Of a DNA stretch of 64,000 nt, positions 38,532 through 47,137 are shown one piece after another. Position 1 is the stretch's first letter, and every line of letters starts with the position of its first letter. The notes under the pieces are model-generated. The model saw only the letters and a program-made list of their open reading frames with translations, searched no databases and had not been told where the DNA came from. The DNA is taken from the NCBI GenBank assembly GCA_038245905.1, contig JBBRRY010000013.1:20898-84897 (forward strand). Direction: 5' to 3'. Position numbers and translations under genes: made by a program. This DNA comes from Thermoanaerobaculia bacterium. Its GTDB lineage: Bacteria > Acidobacteriota > Thermoanaerobaculia > UBA5066.

Positions 38532-39413
38532 TCAGACGCGGTCGAGGACGAGGAGGACGAGGATCGCCGGCAGCCATCCGATCGACGCCAGGAAGAGCGA
38601 GCGCGCGTGGCCGTCCGAGATGTCCCTTGCGAACCTCAGCGAGGACGCCAGGAACAGGAGGGTCATCACGAACGCCCCAAAGGCGTACGCGAACCCCGCC
38701 GTGCCGACGAGAGACGGCAGGAGGCTGACGGGCAGGAGGATGGCCGTCCAGAGGAGGGTCTGGCGGGCGGTGCTGCGCCCGGTCGGGTCGACGACGGGCA
38801 GGATGACGACGCCCGCCTTCGCGTAGTCGACACGGTGGCGCCACCCGATCGCGAAGAAGTGCGGCAGCTGCCAGACGAACAGGATCGCGAAGAGCGCGAG
38901 CCCGGGCAGGCCGAGTGCGCCCGCCGCGGCCGTGTACCCGCCGAGCGGCGGCAGCGCGCCGGGGATCGCGCCGACGATGGTCGAGGCCGGCGAGCGCGTC
39001 TTCATCGGGGTGTACATGCAGACGTACGAGACGAGCGTGAACGCGGCGAGCGCGGTCGTGATCCCGTTCGTGAAAAGGAGGAGCTCGACGAGGCCGACGA
39101 CTGAGAGCGCGCCGGCGAAGAGCGCCGCGCCCGCCATCGGGAGGCGACCCGACGGGAGCGGACGGGCGGCGGTCCGCTCCATCCGGCCGTCGAGATCCTT
39201 CTCCCAGACCTGGTTGAAGGCGCTCGTCCCGGATGCGACGAACGCCGTCCCGGCGAGGGTGTGGAGGAGCAGCGCGGCGTCCATGCCCGAGAGCGGCCCC
39301 TTCGTGCCCGCCACGAAGCCCACGAAGGCCGTCATGACGACGAACAGCGTGATGCGCGGCTTCGTGAGCGCGACATACGACGACAGGGCGGACGGGTTGC
39401 GACGGAGGCTCAT
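38532..39413 (-). CDS. ctaB: Protoheme IX farnesyltransferase (heme O synthase)
   Basis: LTKPRI, NQ..E.D.D..M.RT..RPLPSGR, YTP.K, GAIPGA.PP and WQLPHF. Confidence 0.95.
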   Translation of the reverse strand: MSLRRNPSALSSYVALTKPRITLFVVMTAFVGFVAGTKGPLSGMDAALLLHTLAGTAFVASGTSAFNQVWEKDLDGRMERTAARPLPSGRLPMAGAALFAGALSVVGLVELLLFTNGITTALAAFTLVSYVCMYTPMKTRSPASTIVGAIPGALPPLGGYTAAAGALGLPGLALFAILFVWQLPHFFAIGWRHRVDYAKAGVVILPVVDPTGRSTARQTLLWTAILLPVSLLPSLVGTAGFAYAFGAFVMTLLFLASSLRFARDISDGHARSLFLASIGWLPAILVLLVLDRV

Positions 39414-40366
39414 GCGCGACGGGCGGAGCTTAGCGCGTTCCCGGGGTTCCGGCAGGCACCGAGGCAGACGAGCGCGAGGACCCCCGTCACCCAGCACAGG
39501 GCTCCGGTGGCGAGGTGGGCGGTCGTGAGGGACGGGGCCTTCCGCGACCAGACGGAGAGCGCGCCCAGGAGCACTTGAATCGTGACGAGGCCGGCCCAAA
39601 AGGAAGCGGCGATCCCGAAGAGGGGCCGCGAAGGGGAGATCTTTGAAAGGGCGCCTGCGGCGCGAAAGACGAGCAGGACGACGACGACGGCTCCGAGCCG
39701 GTGGGCGATGTGAATCGGCACGCCGGAAAGAGCCAGATCGGCGGCGGAGGGAAAGAACCCTCCAAAGGAAGTCGGGAAATCCGGGATCGCGAGGCCCGCG
39801 CCCGTGTGCCGCATGACAGCACCGAGAACGATCTGGATGTAGATCGCGGCGGTGGCGGCGAGCGTCCACCGGAACGCGCGCATCGCCTCTTCACCCTTCA
39901 AAGAAATCCGAAGATTTTCTTCGACCAACTCCCTCCATGTCTTCGAGCACATGAGTGCGACGGCCGCGGTGAGGGCGAAGACGATCTCGGCGAGGGCGGC
40001 GTGCGCGGAGGAGATGGCTGGCGGAAGGAGAAGCAGCACGGTCAGCCCGCCCAGAACCGCCTGAAGCAGGATCGCCACGAAGGCGGCCGCAGCGAGCCGC
40101 TTGACCGTCTTTCTTCCTTCTAAGAAAAAAAGAATTGCGCCCAGCTCCAGGCCCACCAATGTGGAAACGCCGGCGGCGATGAGGCGGTGCCCGTGCTCAT
40201 ACAGGATGCCCCCCACCATGGGAGGCATGACCTTCCCGTAGGAGAGAGGCCAGTCCGGAACGGCGAGGCCCGACTCCGTGGACGTGACGAGTGCGCCCGC
40301 GACGAGAAGCAGGAAGACGCAGACGGCGACCGTCCGCGTTCCGACCCTCAGGAAGGCTTCACGCAC
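39410..40366 (-). CDS. ctaA: Heme A synthase (COX15/CtaA family)
   Basis: GLAVPDWP, EHGHR, LQ..LGG.TV, SAHA, HIAHR and TAHL conserved His motifs. Confidence 0.88.
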   Translation of the reverse strand: MREAFLRVGTRTVAVCVFLLLVAGALVTSTESGLAVPDWPLSYGKVMPPMVGGILYEHGHRLIAAGVSTLVGLELGAILFFLEGRKTVKRLAAAAFVAILLQAVLGGLTVLLLLPPAISSAHAALAEIVFALTAAVALMCSKTWRELVEENLRISLKGEEAMRAFRWTLAATAAIYIQIVLGAVMRHTGAGLAIPDFPTSFGGFFPSAADLALSGVPIHIAHRLGAVVVVLLVFRAAGALSKISPSRPLFGIAASFWAGLVTIQVLLGALSVWSRKAPSLTTAHLATGALCWVTGVLALVCLGACRNPGNALSSARRA

Positions 40367-41204
40367 CGGCCTTGAACGTGAACGCGGCCGGCTTCGATTC
40401 CTGCGCGCCCACCGTGACCTGCTGGGTCTGCGTGCCGAACTTCTCGTGCCACGCCTCGATCGTATAGGTGCCGGCGGGGAGGTCCTTGATCGTGTACGTG
40501 CCGTCCGCCGCCGTGACGGCGAAGAAGGGATGAGAGAGGACGCCGCAGTACGCCGACATCCATCCGTGCACGTCGCACTTGATCCGGATCATGACCTCGG
40601 GCTTGTCGAACTTCTTCGTGTACTTCATGCCCTTGACCGGCATTCCGAGGTTGAAGGCCTCGTTCTTCTCGGGGAGCGAGTGAATGTTGTGGAGCGTGTC
40701 GTCGCTGTTCAGGATCTCGAGGTTCTGTCCCGCAACCATGCCGAAGACGTGAGGGTGGTATGTGCAGCCCCTCTGGTCGATCGTGGCAGGTGCGGCGGGA
40801 GCGGGATAGGTCCCGTTGATTCCGGATTTCACGTAGACGAAGACATTCGCGAGGCCCTTGTCATTCCCGATGATGATGTCCTCACGGCTCACGTCTCCCG
40901 GATGCAATTTGGCGCAGAAGGCGTCGGCCGACATCTTGAACTTGTCGGCGGCCGGCACGGCCCCCTCGAACACGATCTTGCCGGTGATGGAAGCCGCGCC
41001 CGTCGCCCCGGCGGCGGGACTGGCGACGGAGGAGGCCGCGGGAGCGGACGTCGCGCCGTCGTCTTTCGCCGCGCCCGCGGCACGGGACGACTTGGGCCGG
41101 TCCTCGTCGTCGTCCTTGCCTCCGCAGCCGGTCAGGAGTGCGGTGCCCAGGAGAACAGCGGCCGAGAGGGCGGCAAAACGAATTCGAATGGCGGGACCGG
41201 TCAT
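40359..41204 (-). CDS. Lipoprotein with cupredoxin-like core and carboxypeptidase-regulatory-like (Ig) domain
   Basis: Lipobox LTGC; DQ.GC.Y.PHV, N.D..LHNIH, CDVH.WM and G.YTI.AWHE. Confidence 0.75.
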   Translation of the reverse strand: MTGPAIRIRFAALSAAVLLGTALLTGCGGKDDDEDRPKSSRAAGAAKDDGATSAPAASSVASPAAGATGAASITGKIVFEGAVPAADKFKMSADAFCAKLHPGDVSREDIIIGNDKGLANVFVYVKSGINGTYPAPAAPATIDQRGCTYHPHVFGMVAGQNLEILNSDDTLHNIHSLPEKNEAFNLGMPVKGMKYTKKFDKPEVMIRIKCDVHGWMSAYCGVLSHPFFAVTAADGTYTIKDLPAGTYTIEAWHEKFGTQTQQVTVGAQESKPAAFTFKAGA

Positions 41205-41279
41205 GCGAGCCTCCTCGGCGGCGTTTTCCTTATCATGTCCCCCCGGAACGAGGGGAGCGTGATGATAGACAAACGTCCC

Positions 41280-42386
41280 ATGCGCGTCGAATCCGCGGTG
41301 CTCCGCCACGTGGAGATGCCGCTCAAGTTCCGCTTCCGCACGTCGTTCGGCGAGACGGGCGTCAAGAAGTTCCTCCTCCTCGAACTCCGCGGCGAGGGCC
41401 TTTCCGGATGGGGCGAGTGCGTGGCCGAGGAAGGGCCGTTCTATTCGCCCGAGACGACCTCCACGGCGTCTTCCATCCTCACGGCGTACCTCTTGCCTCT
41501 CGTCCTCGGCAAGGTCGTCGCGTCTCCGGCCGCGTTCGACGAGGCCGCGAGGCGTGTGCGCGGAAACAGGATGGCGAAGGCCGCCGTGGAATGTGCGCTC
41601 CAGGACATGTTCGCGCGCGCCGCGAGCGTTCCGCTCGGGCGTTCTCTCGGGGGAACGCGCGACGCCATCGAGGTCGGCGTCTCGCTCGGAATCTCCCCGA
41701 CGCCCGCCGAGACCGTCGAGAACGTGCGGAAACACGTGGCCGAGGGCTACAAGCGGATCAAGCTCAAGATCGAGCCGGGCAAGGACGCCGACCGCCTCGC
41801 GGCCGTCCGCGAGGCCTTTCCGGACATCACGCTCACGGTGGACGCGAATGCGGCCTACACGCTGGCCGACGCGGACCTACTGCGCTCTCTCGACGCGTTC
41901 CGGCTCGACTACATGGAGCAGCCGCTGCATCACGAGGACGTCGTCGCCCATGCCGAGCTCGCGAAGACGCTCCAGACGCCGATCTGCCTCGACGAGTCGA
42001 TCCGCTCGGCGGCGGACGCGGAGGCCGCGATCCATCTTGGCGCCTGCAGGGTCATCAACATCAAGATCGGCCGCGTCGGCGGCCACGCGGAGGCTGTGCG
42101 CATTCACGACGTCGCGCGCGCCGCGGGCGTCCCCGTGTGGTGCGGCGGCATGCTGGAGGCGGGCATCGGGCGCGCGCACAACGTCGCGATCGCGAGCCTG
42201 CCGGGCTTCTCGAAGCCGGGGGACACGTCCTCTTCGTCGCGTTACTTCGAGGAGGACATCGTCGAGCCCGCGCTCGAGGCGAAGGAAGGGCTCATGCCCG
42301 TGCCGGCGGGTCCTGGTACCGGGGTCACGATCCGCCCTGACGTCCTCGGACGCGTTACGACTTCCATCCAGGAGCTTCGCGCGTGA
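41280..42386 (+). CDS. menC: o-succinylbenzoate synthase / N-succinylamino acid racemase (NSAR/OSBS subfamily)
   Basis: FRTSFG, GWGEC, RGNRMAKA, KLKI, DAN, EQP, DES, NIK.GRVGG, WCGGMLE and GDTS.S.RYF. Confidence 0.88.
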   Translation: MRVESAVLRHVEMPLKFRFRTSFGETGVKKFLLLELRGEGLSGWGECVAEEGPFYSPETTSTASSILTAYLLPLVLGKVVASPAAFDEAARRVRGNRMAKAAVECALQDMFARAASVPLGRSLGGTRDAIEVGVSLGISPTPAETVENVRKHVAEGYKRIKLKIEPGKDADRLAAVREAFPDITLTVDANAAYTLADADLLRSLDAFRLDYMEQPLHHEDVVAHAELAKTLQTPICLDESIRSAADAEAAIHLGACRVINIKIGRVGGHAEAVRIHDVARAAGVPVWCGGMLEAGIGRAHNVAIASLPGFSKPGDTSSSSRYFEEDIVEPALEAKEGLMPVPAGPGTGVTIRPDVLGRVTTSIQELRA

Positions 42387-43525
42387 GTGCGCGTGTCGGC
42401 GAGCTTGCCGCGCTGTTCGAAGCGCGGAGGGGCTCGATGCTCCAGGATCTCGAGTCTCTCGTCATCCGCGAGAGCCCGTCGAGCGAGTCTTCCCTCGTCA
42501 GCGAGGTCGCGAGCTGGATTGCGGCGCGGCTCGGGAAATCGGGGATCACGGCCTCGTGCGTGCCCTGCGCGGGCCGGGGCGACGCCCTCCGCGTGCGGCT
42601 CGGCCCCGAGCGTGGGGGCGCGCTCCTGCTCGGCCACATCGACACGGTTTGGCCCTCCGGGACGCTGACGGAGATCCCGTTCCGGGTCGAGGAAGGCGTC
42701 GCCCGGGGGCCGGGCGTCTTCGATATGAAGGGCGGCGTGACGGTGGCGATCGCCGTCCTCGAGGCCCTCGCGCGCGGCGACGTGAAGGCCGCCGGGGGGG
42801 TGACCCTCTTCCTGACACCCGACGAAGAGGTCGGGAGCCACGCCTCCCGGGATCTCCTCGTCTCCGAGGCCTTGAAGCGGGATCGCGTGTTCGTTCTCGA
42901 GCCGTCCGGCGACGGTGGAGCCGCGAAGATCGCGCGCAAAGGGACCGGTCTCGTAACGGCGCGCTTCAGGGGCGTGGCCGCTCACGCGGGCCTCGAGCCG
43001 GAGAAAGGGGCTTCCGCTCTCCTCGAGATGTCGCGCTTCGCGCTTTTCGCCGACGCGCTCGCGGATCTTCCCTCGGGCACCTCGGTCGTCCCGACCGTCG
43101 CGGCGTCCGGCACGGTGACGAACGTGGTCCCCGAAGAGGCGACGCTCTCGGTGGACTTCCGCCTCTGGACCGAGGCCGAAGGCGCGCGCGTCGTCGCGGG
43201 ACTCCACGCCTACCGGCCCGCGAACGCGCGCGTGGCGGTCTCCCTAGAAGGCGGCGTCAACCGGCCGCCGATGGAGGCGACCGAGGACTCGCTCGCGCTC
43301 TATCGACGCGCGGCGGCGCTCGCCCAGGCGCTCGGCTTTTCGATGCCCGGCGCCCGCGTGGGGGGCGGCTCCGACGGAAACCTCACGGCCTCGGCCGGAG
43401 TCCCCACGCTCGACGGCCTGGGGCCGTCCGGCGCCGGCGCGCACGCGCGCACGGAGCATCTCTTCGTGGACGACCTCCCGCGCCGGGCGGCGCTTCTCGC
43501 GGCCCTGCTCGAAGACGCGGCATGA
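42383..43525 (+). CDS. M20 metallopeptidase (carboxypeptidase G2-like)
   Basis: GH.DTV, GPG..DMKGG, DEEVGS, EP, HAG..P, GGGSDGN and GAH. Confidence 0.92.
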   Translation: MSARVGELAALFEARRGSMLQDLESLVIRESPSSESSLVSEVASWIAARLGKSGITASCVPCAGRGDALRVRLGPERGGALLLGHIDTVWPSGTLTEIPFRVEEGVARGPGVFDMKGGVTVAIAVLEALARGDVKAAGGVTLFLTPDEEVGSHASRDLLVSEALKRDRVFVLEPSGDGGAAKIARKGTGLVTARFRGVAAHAGLEPEKGASALLEMSRFALFADALADLPSGTSVVPTVAASGTVTNVVPEEATLSVDFRLWTEAEGARVVAGLHAYRPANARVAVSLEGGVNRPPMEATEDSLALYRRAAALAQALGFSMPGARVGGGSDGNLTASAGVPTLDGLGPSGAGAHARTEHLFVDDLPRRAALLAALLEDAA

Positions 43526-44307
43526 GCGGACGTCTCGTGATCCGCGAGCTCCGGACCCCGGACGAGTTCATCGAGACGACGCACGTCTCGAAGGCGGCCT
43601 GGGGTTTCGCCGAGCGCGCCGTTTCGCCCGCGAGCGACCTCGTGGCCGCGACGCACGCGGGAGGCCTCACGGCCGGCGCGTTCCTCGGCGGGAAGATGGT
43701 CGGGTTCGTTCACGGCATCCCGCGCACGAACAGCGGGGAGCCCTGCCAGCACTCGCACCTTCTCGCCGTGAAGCCCGAGGCGCAGGGGCGCGGACTCTCC
43801 GTGAGGCTCAAGCTCTACCAGCGCTCGTGGTGCCTCGCGCGGGGCATCCGCCTCGTGACGTGGACGTACGATCCCTTCCTCCTCAAGAACGCGAAGCTGA
43901 ACATCGGGCATCTCCGGGCGACCGTCCGCACGTTCTACCCGAATTTCTACGGGCTCATGGGCGGCATCTACGCGGGCCTCCCGTCCGACCGATTCGAGGT
44001 CGCGTGGCGGCTCACCGATCCGGCGGTCGTGCGCGCCGCCGCGGGCGAGCCCCGTCCGCGGCTGGAAGTCGAAGGGCTGCCCGTGGCGCGGAGCCCCCGG
44101 TCCCTCCCGAATGCGCAGCGCCTCCTCCTCCCGTTCCCGGCGGGCGCACCGCGCATCTACCGGACCGATCACGACGAAACGCTGAAGGAGCGCCATCGCT
44201 TCGCAGCGGTCGTGAAGCCGCTCTTCTCCCGGGGCTACGCGGTCACGGACGTCGTCGTCCGCGTGGACGGGACGCCGGCGTATGTTCTCGAGCGGACGGA
44301 CACCTGA
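43522..44307 (+). CDS. GNAT-family acyltransferase (putative D-amino acid N-succinyltransferase)
   Basis: HSHLLAV.P..QGRG...LK..QR, WTYDP....NA.LN, NFYG and LPSDRF...W; coupled to menC and M20. Confidence 0.8.
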   Translation: MSGRLVIRELRTPDEFIETTHVSKAAWGFAERAVSPASDLVAATHAGGLTAGAFLGGKMVGFVHGIPRTNSGEPCQHSHLLAVKPEAQGRGLSVRLKLYQRSWCLARGIRLVTWTYDPFLLKNAKLNIGHLRATVRTFYPNFYGLMGGIYAGLPSDRFEVAWRLTDPAVVRAAAGEPRPRLEVEGLPVARSPRSLPNAQRLLLPFPAGAPRIYRTDHDETLKERHRFAAVVKPLFSRGYAVTDVVVRVDGTPAYVLERTDT

Positions 44308-44376
44308 GCCCCGGGGCGGGGCATAATCCCGACAGAATTCCAGACGGCCCGACGGGCAAACAATGAAGGAGACACC

Positions 44377-44676
44377 ATGAAGAAGAACCTGTTCCGCGTC
44401 CTCGCTCCCGCCGCGTTCCTCCTCTTCTCGACCGCCGCGCTCGCCGTCGACGACTTCCAGGTGACGGGCAACGTCACGGAGAAGACGACCGACTCGATCA
44501 CGGTCATGAAGGGCAAGGAGCGCTTCCAGATCGCGATCGACAAGGACACGAAGGGCGAGGCGAAGGTCGGCGACAAGGTCACGATCAAGTACAAGATGCA
44601 CGGCTCGTCGATCGAGGTGAAGGGCGCGAAGGTCGCAAAGCCCGCGGCCGAGAAGAAGATGAAGAAGGCCGCCTAG
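44377..44676 (+). CDS. Small secreted protein with OB-fold-like domain
   Basis: AAGGAG RBS; signal peptide ending ALA; QVTG.V...T and KVGDKVTIKY; Lys/Ala tail. Confidence 0.75.
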   Translation: MKKNLFRVLAPAAFLLFSTAALAVDDFQVTGNVTEKTTDSITVMKGKERFQIAIDKDTKGEAKVGDKVTIKYKMHGSSIEVKGAKVAKPAAEKKMKKAA

Positions 44677-44680
44677 CTCT

Positions 44681-45592
44681 TCAGGGGGCGGTCAGCGACC
44701 AGGAGTCGTTCGACGGGTCCACGTCGGGCCCCGGACCGACGAGCGTCGCTTTGCACGTCCAGCCCGCCGCGGGGGCGGGAAGGAGTCCGGCTCCGGCAGC
44801 GCCGAACAGGACGCTGCCGGAGGCCGGTTTCTCCGCCGTCATGGCCGAAGAGCCCGGCTTGCTGCAGTCGAGGCGCAGGGTGCGCTTCACCGCTCCGACC
44901 GGCGTCACGAACATCTGGTTTCCAATTCGCTTCGAGAGGACGGCGACCCTCACGTTCACCGTCGGCGGCGCGGACATCGCGTCCTCGAACGTGATCCCGC
45001 TGATTCCGTAGTCGAACTCCGGCCCCCACGAGATCGACTTGGAGGGCGGACCGGGGCGTCCCCGGGGCGGCGCGAGCCCGACCGTGCACGTCCAGGCCGG
45101 CCCGTCGTCGAGGAGCTTCTCCGGCTGATCGGTGGGAAGGCCTCCGAAAGGATTCGCGTAGGAGGGGAACGGGATATTCGGGAAAGGCGGCTGCGCCGGC
45201 GCATCGGGTGCCGTCTGGTCGTTTTCGATGATCTTGACGTCGAGGTGCCCGTGCGCCGCCACCTCCTTCACGAGACGGCGCACCGTCCGCGCGGGAGCCG
45301 ACAGGCTCGTGCACTTCAGCTCGATCCCGTGAGTGCCCTTCGGGGAGGGATCGGCCGATGCGTTGAAAAGCCTCGCGACGACGTCGGACCCGCCCGTGTA
45401 GAACACGTTGCCGATCGTGCCTCCGATCTGCCGCTCGACGGAGGTGACCCCGAGTCCGGGCGGCGGCCCGTAGACCTGCTTCTGGGGCGCGGCCGGCGGC
45501 GTAGCGGAGATGGCGGACTTCGTCCCCGTTTCGGCAACGGCGGAGCCGGCGGCGAGGATCAGGGCGGCGAGGATGGGAACGGGACGCGGCAT
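44681..45592 (-). CDS. Secreted hypothetical protein
   Basis: GGAGG RBS; signal peptide ending AVA; Pro-rich; C-terminal DVDPSND. Confidence 0.65.
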   Translation of the reverse strand: MPRPVPILAALILAAGSAVAETGTKSAISATPPAAPQKQVYGPPPGLGVTSVERQIGGTIGNVFYTGGSDVVARLFNASADPSPKGTHGIELKCTSLSAPARTVRRLVKEVAAHGHLDVKIIENDQTAPDAPAQPPFPNIPFPSYANPFGGLPTDQPEKLLDDGPAWTCTVGLAPPRGRPGPPSKSISWGPEFDYGISGITFEDAMSAPPTVNVRVAVLSKRIGNQMFVTPVGAVKRTLRLDCSKPGSSAMTAEKPASGSVLFGAAGAGLLPAPAAGWTCKATLVGPGPDVDPSNDSWSLTAP

Positions 45593-45649
45593 GGCGGCCT
45601 CCGCCTGGAAAGACGTGCCGGGCGGCCGTGCGGCATAGACCCCCTGGGT

Positions 45650-46732
45650 TCAGGCCTTCGCCAGCTCCTGCTTGAGCTTCTCGGCTTGGAAGTGCGCGAC
45701 GAGAGGTTCGATCAGCTCGTCGAGGCGCCCGTCGAGGACGTCGTTCAGCCGGTGGGACGTGAACCCGATGCGGTGGTCCGTCACTCGGCTCTGCGGAAAG
45801 TTGTAGGTCCGGATCTTCTCGGACCGGTCGCCCGAGCCGACCATCTTCTTCCGGTCGGCGGCGTAAGCGGCGTCCTTCTTCTCGCGTTCCGCTTCGTAAA
45901 TGCGCGCCTTGAGGACGCGCATCGCTTTCGCCTTGTTCTTGACCTGCGAGCGCTCGTCCTGGCACTGGACGACGACGCCCGTCGGAATGTGCGTCAGGCG
46001 CACGGCCGAATACGTCGTGTTGACGCCCTGGCCGCCCGGCCCCGAGGCGCAGAAGAGATCCACGCGGACGTCCTTGTCGAGGATCTCGACGTCGACGTCC
46101 TCCGCCTCGGGCAGGATCGCGACCGTGGCGGCCGACGTGTGGATTCTCCCGGCGGCCTCGGTGGCGGGGACGCGCTGGACGCGGTGGACGCCGCCTTCGT
46201 ATTTAAGGCGCGAGAAGGCGCCCTCGCCCTCGACGATCGCCTGGACTTCCTTGAGGCCCCCGGCGCCGCCGGAGTCGCTCCGGTCGATGATCTCGACTCT
46301 CCAGCCGCGCCCTTCGGCATAGCGCACGTACATCCGGAGGAGCTCTTCGGCGAACAGCGCCGCCTCGTCGCCGCCGGTCCCGGCCCGTATCTCGAGGACC
46401 ACGTTCTTGCCGTCGTTCGGGTCTTTCGGCAGGAGGAGAAGGCGGATCTCTTCCTCGATGGCGCCCCGCCGGGCCCGCAGGCTCTCGAACTCCTGCTGCG
46501 CGATCGGCCGCAGCTCGTCCGCGGGCGGAAGCGTGTCGAGCAGCTCCTCGGCGCCGGCGAGCTCGGTGTCGATCCGCTTGCGCTCGCGATTCTTCTCGAC
46601 GACCGGCAGGATCTCGTGCATGGCGCGCATCGTCTTCGTCGCGAGGGTGTGATCCGCGAGAACGTCGGGCGAGGCCGCGCGCGCCTCGAGATCGGCGTAC
46701 CGGCGTTCGATCTCGTCGAGCTTCTGAAACAT
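45650..46732 (-). CDS. prfA: Peptide chain release factor 1
   Basis: PAT recognition loop (RVPATE), GPGGQGVN and [12 protein letters not shown]. Confidence 0.97.
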   Translation of the reverse strand: MFQKLDEIERRYADLEARAASPDVLADHTLATKTMRAMHEILPVVEKNRERKRIDTELAGAEELLDTLPPADELRPIAQQEFESLRARRGAIEEEIRLLLLPKDPNDGKNVVLEIRAGTGGDEAALFAEELLRMYVRYAEGRGWRVEIIDRSDSGGAGGLKEVQAIVEGEGAFSRLKYEGGVHRVQRVPATEAAGRIHTSAATVAILPEAEDVDVEILDKDVRVDLFCASGPGGQGVNTTYSAVRLTHIPTGVVVQCQDERSQVKNKAKAMRVLKARIYEAEREKKDAAYAADRKKMVGSGDRSEKIRTYNFPQSRVTDHRIGFTSHRLNDVLDGRLDELIEPLVAHFQAEKLKQELAKA

Positions 46733-46772
46733 GGGAGGCGGACGCAGGCGACCCGAACGGGCCGCCGACGCC

Positions 46773-47021
46773 TCAAGCGGTGGTGGCGGGCTCGGGCTTG
46801 GACTTGGCTGCCGCGGGCTTCGGCGTGTTCGCGTAACGCTTCTGGAAACGCTCGACGCGGCCGGCCGTGTCGACGAGCTTGGACTTGCCCGTGAAGAACG
46901 GGTGGCAATTGGAGCAGATTTCGAGACGGAGCTCGGTCTTCGTGCTCTTCGTCTTCCACGTGGTTCCGCACGCGCAGTGCACGTCGACGTCGTGGTACTC
47001 GGGGTGGATCTTTTCCTTCAT
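46773..47021 (-). CDS. rpmE: 50S ribosomal protein L31 (Zn-binding type)
   Basis: [23 protein letters not shown] and GRVERF. Confidence 0.96.
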   Translation of the reverse strand: MKEKIHPEYHDVDVHCACGTTWKTKSTKTELRLEICSNCHPFFTGKSKLVDTAGRVERFQKRYANTPKPAAAKSKPEPATTA

Positions 47022-47137
47022 GGACTTCTCCTTCACGGCTTCGCCGCATGGTGAGCGACGCCGGAACCGCGGAGAATAACACGGGCGGGCCTGTTCGCGA
47101 GCGCGCCGAACCGATTGTTATTGCTAGACTTCGCCTC

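Noticed and set aside
39560-40140. AT-richer patches and an A7 run inside ctaA
   Set aside because: The frame is intact and the run encodes Phe/Leu in a TM segment; too short to suggest phase variation or foreign origin.
41280-42386. Menaquinone biosynthesis cluster
   Set aside because: No menF, D, H, E or B nearby; the context fits the racemase pathway.
45605-45622. CGGCAC on the minus strand upstream of the secreted-protein gene as a sigma-54 site
   Set aside because: No GC at the -12 position (CGGCAC-GTCTT-TCCA).
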